Assembly: GCA_964630015.1 (NCBI GenBank)
Contig: CAZVTJ010000003.1
Location: 1-37,050, forward strand
DNA from: an uncultured Gammaproteobacteria bacterium
GTDB lineage: Bacteria > Patescibacteriota > Microgenomatia > UBA10105 > UBA927
Direction of reading: 5' to 3'
DNA length: 37,050 nucleotides
In this document: piece by piece, positions 35,506 through 37,050 of the stretch
How the letters are laid out: each line of letters opens with the position of its first letter
Position numbering within the stretch: the first letter of the stretch is position 1
Program-made: the position numbers and the translations under genes
Notes under the pieces: generated by a model
Seen by the model: only the letters and a program-made list of their open reading frames with translations
The model's database searches: none
What the model was told of the DNA's origin: nothing

Positions 35506-35742
35506 ATGGCACGTTTAGTTAAAAAAACCGCAACAGGGCCAAAGGAAGTAAAACCAAATCCAAACGGAACATCACACTGGATTTGTATGTGCGGATTATC
35601 AAAAAATCAACCGTTTTGTGATAGTTCCCATAAAAAAACTGCAGACGAGGGAGATAAAACATATATATATGAAGACGACGGATCACGTAAGGAAGTTGAA
35701 TGCGAGTGTGATGAAGGTCATTGTTGTTGTTCCGGTGACTAA
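35506..35742 (+). CDS. CDGSH-type iron-sulfur domain protein with Cys/His-rich C-terminal tail
   Basis: CMCGLSKNQPFCDSSH fits C-x-C-x2-S-x3-P-x-C-D-(G>S)-S-H. A strong SD (AAGGAGG) lies upstream. The tail is ECECDEGHCCCSGD. Confidence 0.75.
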   Translation: MARLVKKTATGPKEVKPNPNGTSHWICMCGLSKNQPFCDSSHKKTADEGDKTYIYEDDGSRKEVECECDEGHCCCSGD

Positions 35743-35784
35743 GCAACTGGCGACAGTCTTGCTTCCAAGTAAATAAATTATTGA

Positions 35785-35812
35785 TTGACAAAAGAGAATA
35801 AATGAGTATAAT
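35785..35812 (+). promoter_or_regulatory. Consensus sigma-70 promoter upstream of rpoB
   Basis: TTGACA (35785-90), a 16-nt spacer, then TATAAT (35807-12). Confidence 0.65.
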
Positions 35813-35833
35813 TTAGGAATAGTTAAGCCAACT

Positions 35834-35868
35834 AAAGAGGCGGACGTTCATTGTCTGCTTCTTTTTTT
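35834..35868 (+). terminator. Intrinsic-terminator-like hairpin in the rpoB leader (candidate attenuator)
   Basis: 5' arm 35834-35845 (AAAGAGGCGGAC) pairs with 3' arm 35853-35864 (GTCTGCTTCTTT). That gives 12 bp including 2 G.U pairs, with a 7-nt loop. The T7 run lies at 35862-35868, 47 nt before the rpoB ATG. Confidence 0.6.
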
Positions 35869-35914
35869 CGTTGTTAAAAAGGTCTTTTTTTAAATTTTTT
35901 AAGGATTCATTACA

Positions 35915-37050
35915 ATGGCAAAACAACAATCTTCTTCTAACCGTTTATATTGGGGATCCCAATATCCGCATATACCTCAACTTGATCTTACATTAGTCCA
36001 ACGAGAATCGTATCAATGGTTTCTTCAACAGGGAATTCGTGATTTATTGGATGAAATTTCTCCGGTCACTGATTTTACGGGCAAAAACTGGGAATTGGCA
36101 TTCGGAGATTATTTTTTTGGCTCTCCCCGGTTGTCTCCCCAGACTGCATTGGAAAAGGGATTGACATACGACATGCAGCTCAAGGCAATCGCAACATTAA
36201 CAAACAAACAGACAGGACAGCATGTAACCCAGGAAGTCTTTTTGGGTGATGTTCCGGCAATGACAAAAAACGGAACGTTTATTGTTAACGGAATCGAACG
36301 GTGTGTGGTTAACCAATTGGTCCGTTCACCCGGGATTTATTTTACCGGTGAAGTTGATCCGACAACCGGGCGTACATTATACAGTGCGGAAATTCGCCCG
36401 ATGCACGGAAGCTGGCTTGAATTTTTCATCACACGAAATGATGTTCTTATGGTCCGCATCGACAGAAGGCGAAAGTTCGTTGCCTCAACATTCCTTCGCG
36501 CAATAGGGCTATCTTCCAATGAAGATATTAAACAGACATTCGGTGAAGTTGACGTAAATCCCGACCATCGTTACATTGATGCGACGTTGGCAAAAGATCC
36601 GACATCATCCCAAAATGAGGCTGTTTTGGAACTGTATAGAAAATTACGGCCCGGTGAACCGATTGTTTTGGATAATGCAAAGGAATTATTGAACACGATG
36701 TTTTTTGATTACCGCAGATATAGCCTTGAACGGGTTGGCCGGTACAAGATGAATAAAAAATTGGGCATTGGCGTGGAAAATAGCCGGAATAACTGGATGC
36801 TTACCAAAGAAGACGTGTTCGGTGCAATTTCATACCTCATTAATGTTGCCAACGGTAAGGGCGATGTTGATGATATTGATCATTTGGCAAACCGACGGGT
36901 ACGGCGGGTGGGTGAACTTGTAGCTACCAATGCATTCCGTGTGGGAGTGCTTCGTTTGGAGCGTTCTATTAGGGAAAAAATGAGTATTGCCGGTCCGCAG
37001 GCTACGGATCTGTTACCGACGCAACTGGTAAATGCACGTCCGATTATTGC
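35915..37050 (+). CDS. rpoB: DNA-directed RNA polymerase subunit beta (N-terminal part; continues past the right edge)
   Basis: Absent from the ORF track because it has no stop. My translation is open from ATG 35915 to the window end: MAKQQSSSNRLYWG...GTFIVNGIERCVVNQLVRSPGIYF...DDIDHLANRRVRRVGELV. SD AAGGA lies 9 nt upstream. Confidence 0.95.
   Translation, partial: MAKQQSSSNRLYWGSQYPHIPQLDLTLVQRESYQWFLQQGIRDLLDEISPVTDFTGKNWELAFGDYFFGSPRLSPQTALEKGLTYDMQLKAIATLTNKQTGQHVTQEVFLGDVPAMTKNGTFIVNGIERCVVNQLVRSPGIYFTGEVDPTTGRTLYSAEIRPMHGSWLEFFITRNDVLMVRIDRRRKFVASTFLRAIGLSSNEDIKQTFGEVDVNPDHRYIDATLAKDPTSSQNEAVLELYRKLRPGEPIVLDNAKELLNTMFFDYRRYSLERVGRYKMNKKLGIGVENSRNNWMLTKEDVFGAISYLINVANGKGDVDDIDHLANRRVRRVGELVATNAFRVGVLRLERSIREKMSIAGPQATDLLPTQLVNARPII

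Noticed and set aside
1-37050. Alternative genetic code (UGA = Gly, as in some CPR lineages).
   Set aside because: Conserved genes terminate at UGA at their expected ends. For example, dnaJ ends at TGA 10748-10750 and the sortase at TGA 31365-31367. No conserved protein is interrupted by in-frame UGA, so the code is standard code 11.
1-37050. I searched by eye for CRISPR arrays, IS/transposase or integrase genes, prophage or defence genes, DGR template/variable repeats, and rRNA/tRNA/tmRNA/RNase P/SRP RNA.
   Set aside because: I found no direct-repeat arrays and no reverse transcriptase, recombinase or nuclease-type ORFs. The longest non-coding gaps are about 170 nt (14933-15099 and 35743-35914), and both are better explained as mRNA leaders.

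Overview
The window is a dense, almost entirely coding stretch of about 37 kb. About 34 CDS sit in a few long co-directional blocks, with gaps or overlaps of only a few nt. I found no rRNA, tRNA, CRISPR array, transposase, integrase or long repeat.

Gene order: partial Fn3-like membrane protein, small membrane protein, pilO-like, pilN-like and rpsT (all minus strand); murJ; L,D-transpeptidase and a GH-A glycosidase (minus); hrcA-grpE-dnaK-dnaJ behind a consensus promoter overlapping a CIRCE operator; nusA-infB-DHH-like; rpsO-pnp-(Lon AAA+ module without protease)-HAD-rnj; typA (minus); ftsK, rodZ-like, DUF948, YtxH; alaS; a 795-aa chimeric membrane protein; sortase; archaeal-type AMP/thymidine phosphorylase; Zn-ribbon peptide; mltG; DUF2207; CDGSH protein; start of rpoB.

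Several proteins are shortened: IF2 498 aa, AlaRS 626 aa, HrcA 244 aa, and DnaJ without a zinc finger. Together with the pilN/pilO, sortase, DUF2207 and AMP-phosphorylase content, this suggests a reduced-genome uncultivated bacterium of the Patescibacteria/CPR type. That is inference. UGA is used as a stop, so the code is standard.

I see no clear-cut new multi-gene system such as a defence island. The best candidates for undescribed biology are:
- the 795-aa protein combining a pseudo-actin-fold domain, a polyacidic linker, a TM helix and an ectodomain, located next to a sortase;
- a protease-less Lon AAA+ module with a degenerate pore loop, tightly coupled to a HAD phosphatase and RNase J downstream of rpsO-pnp;
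- leader regions where a consensus promoter is followed by an intrinsic terminator before nusA and rpoB (a weaker case before rpsO);
- apparently leaderless alaS and ftsK.

All homology calls come from reading motifs by eye and need HMM or structure confirmation.
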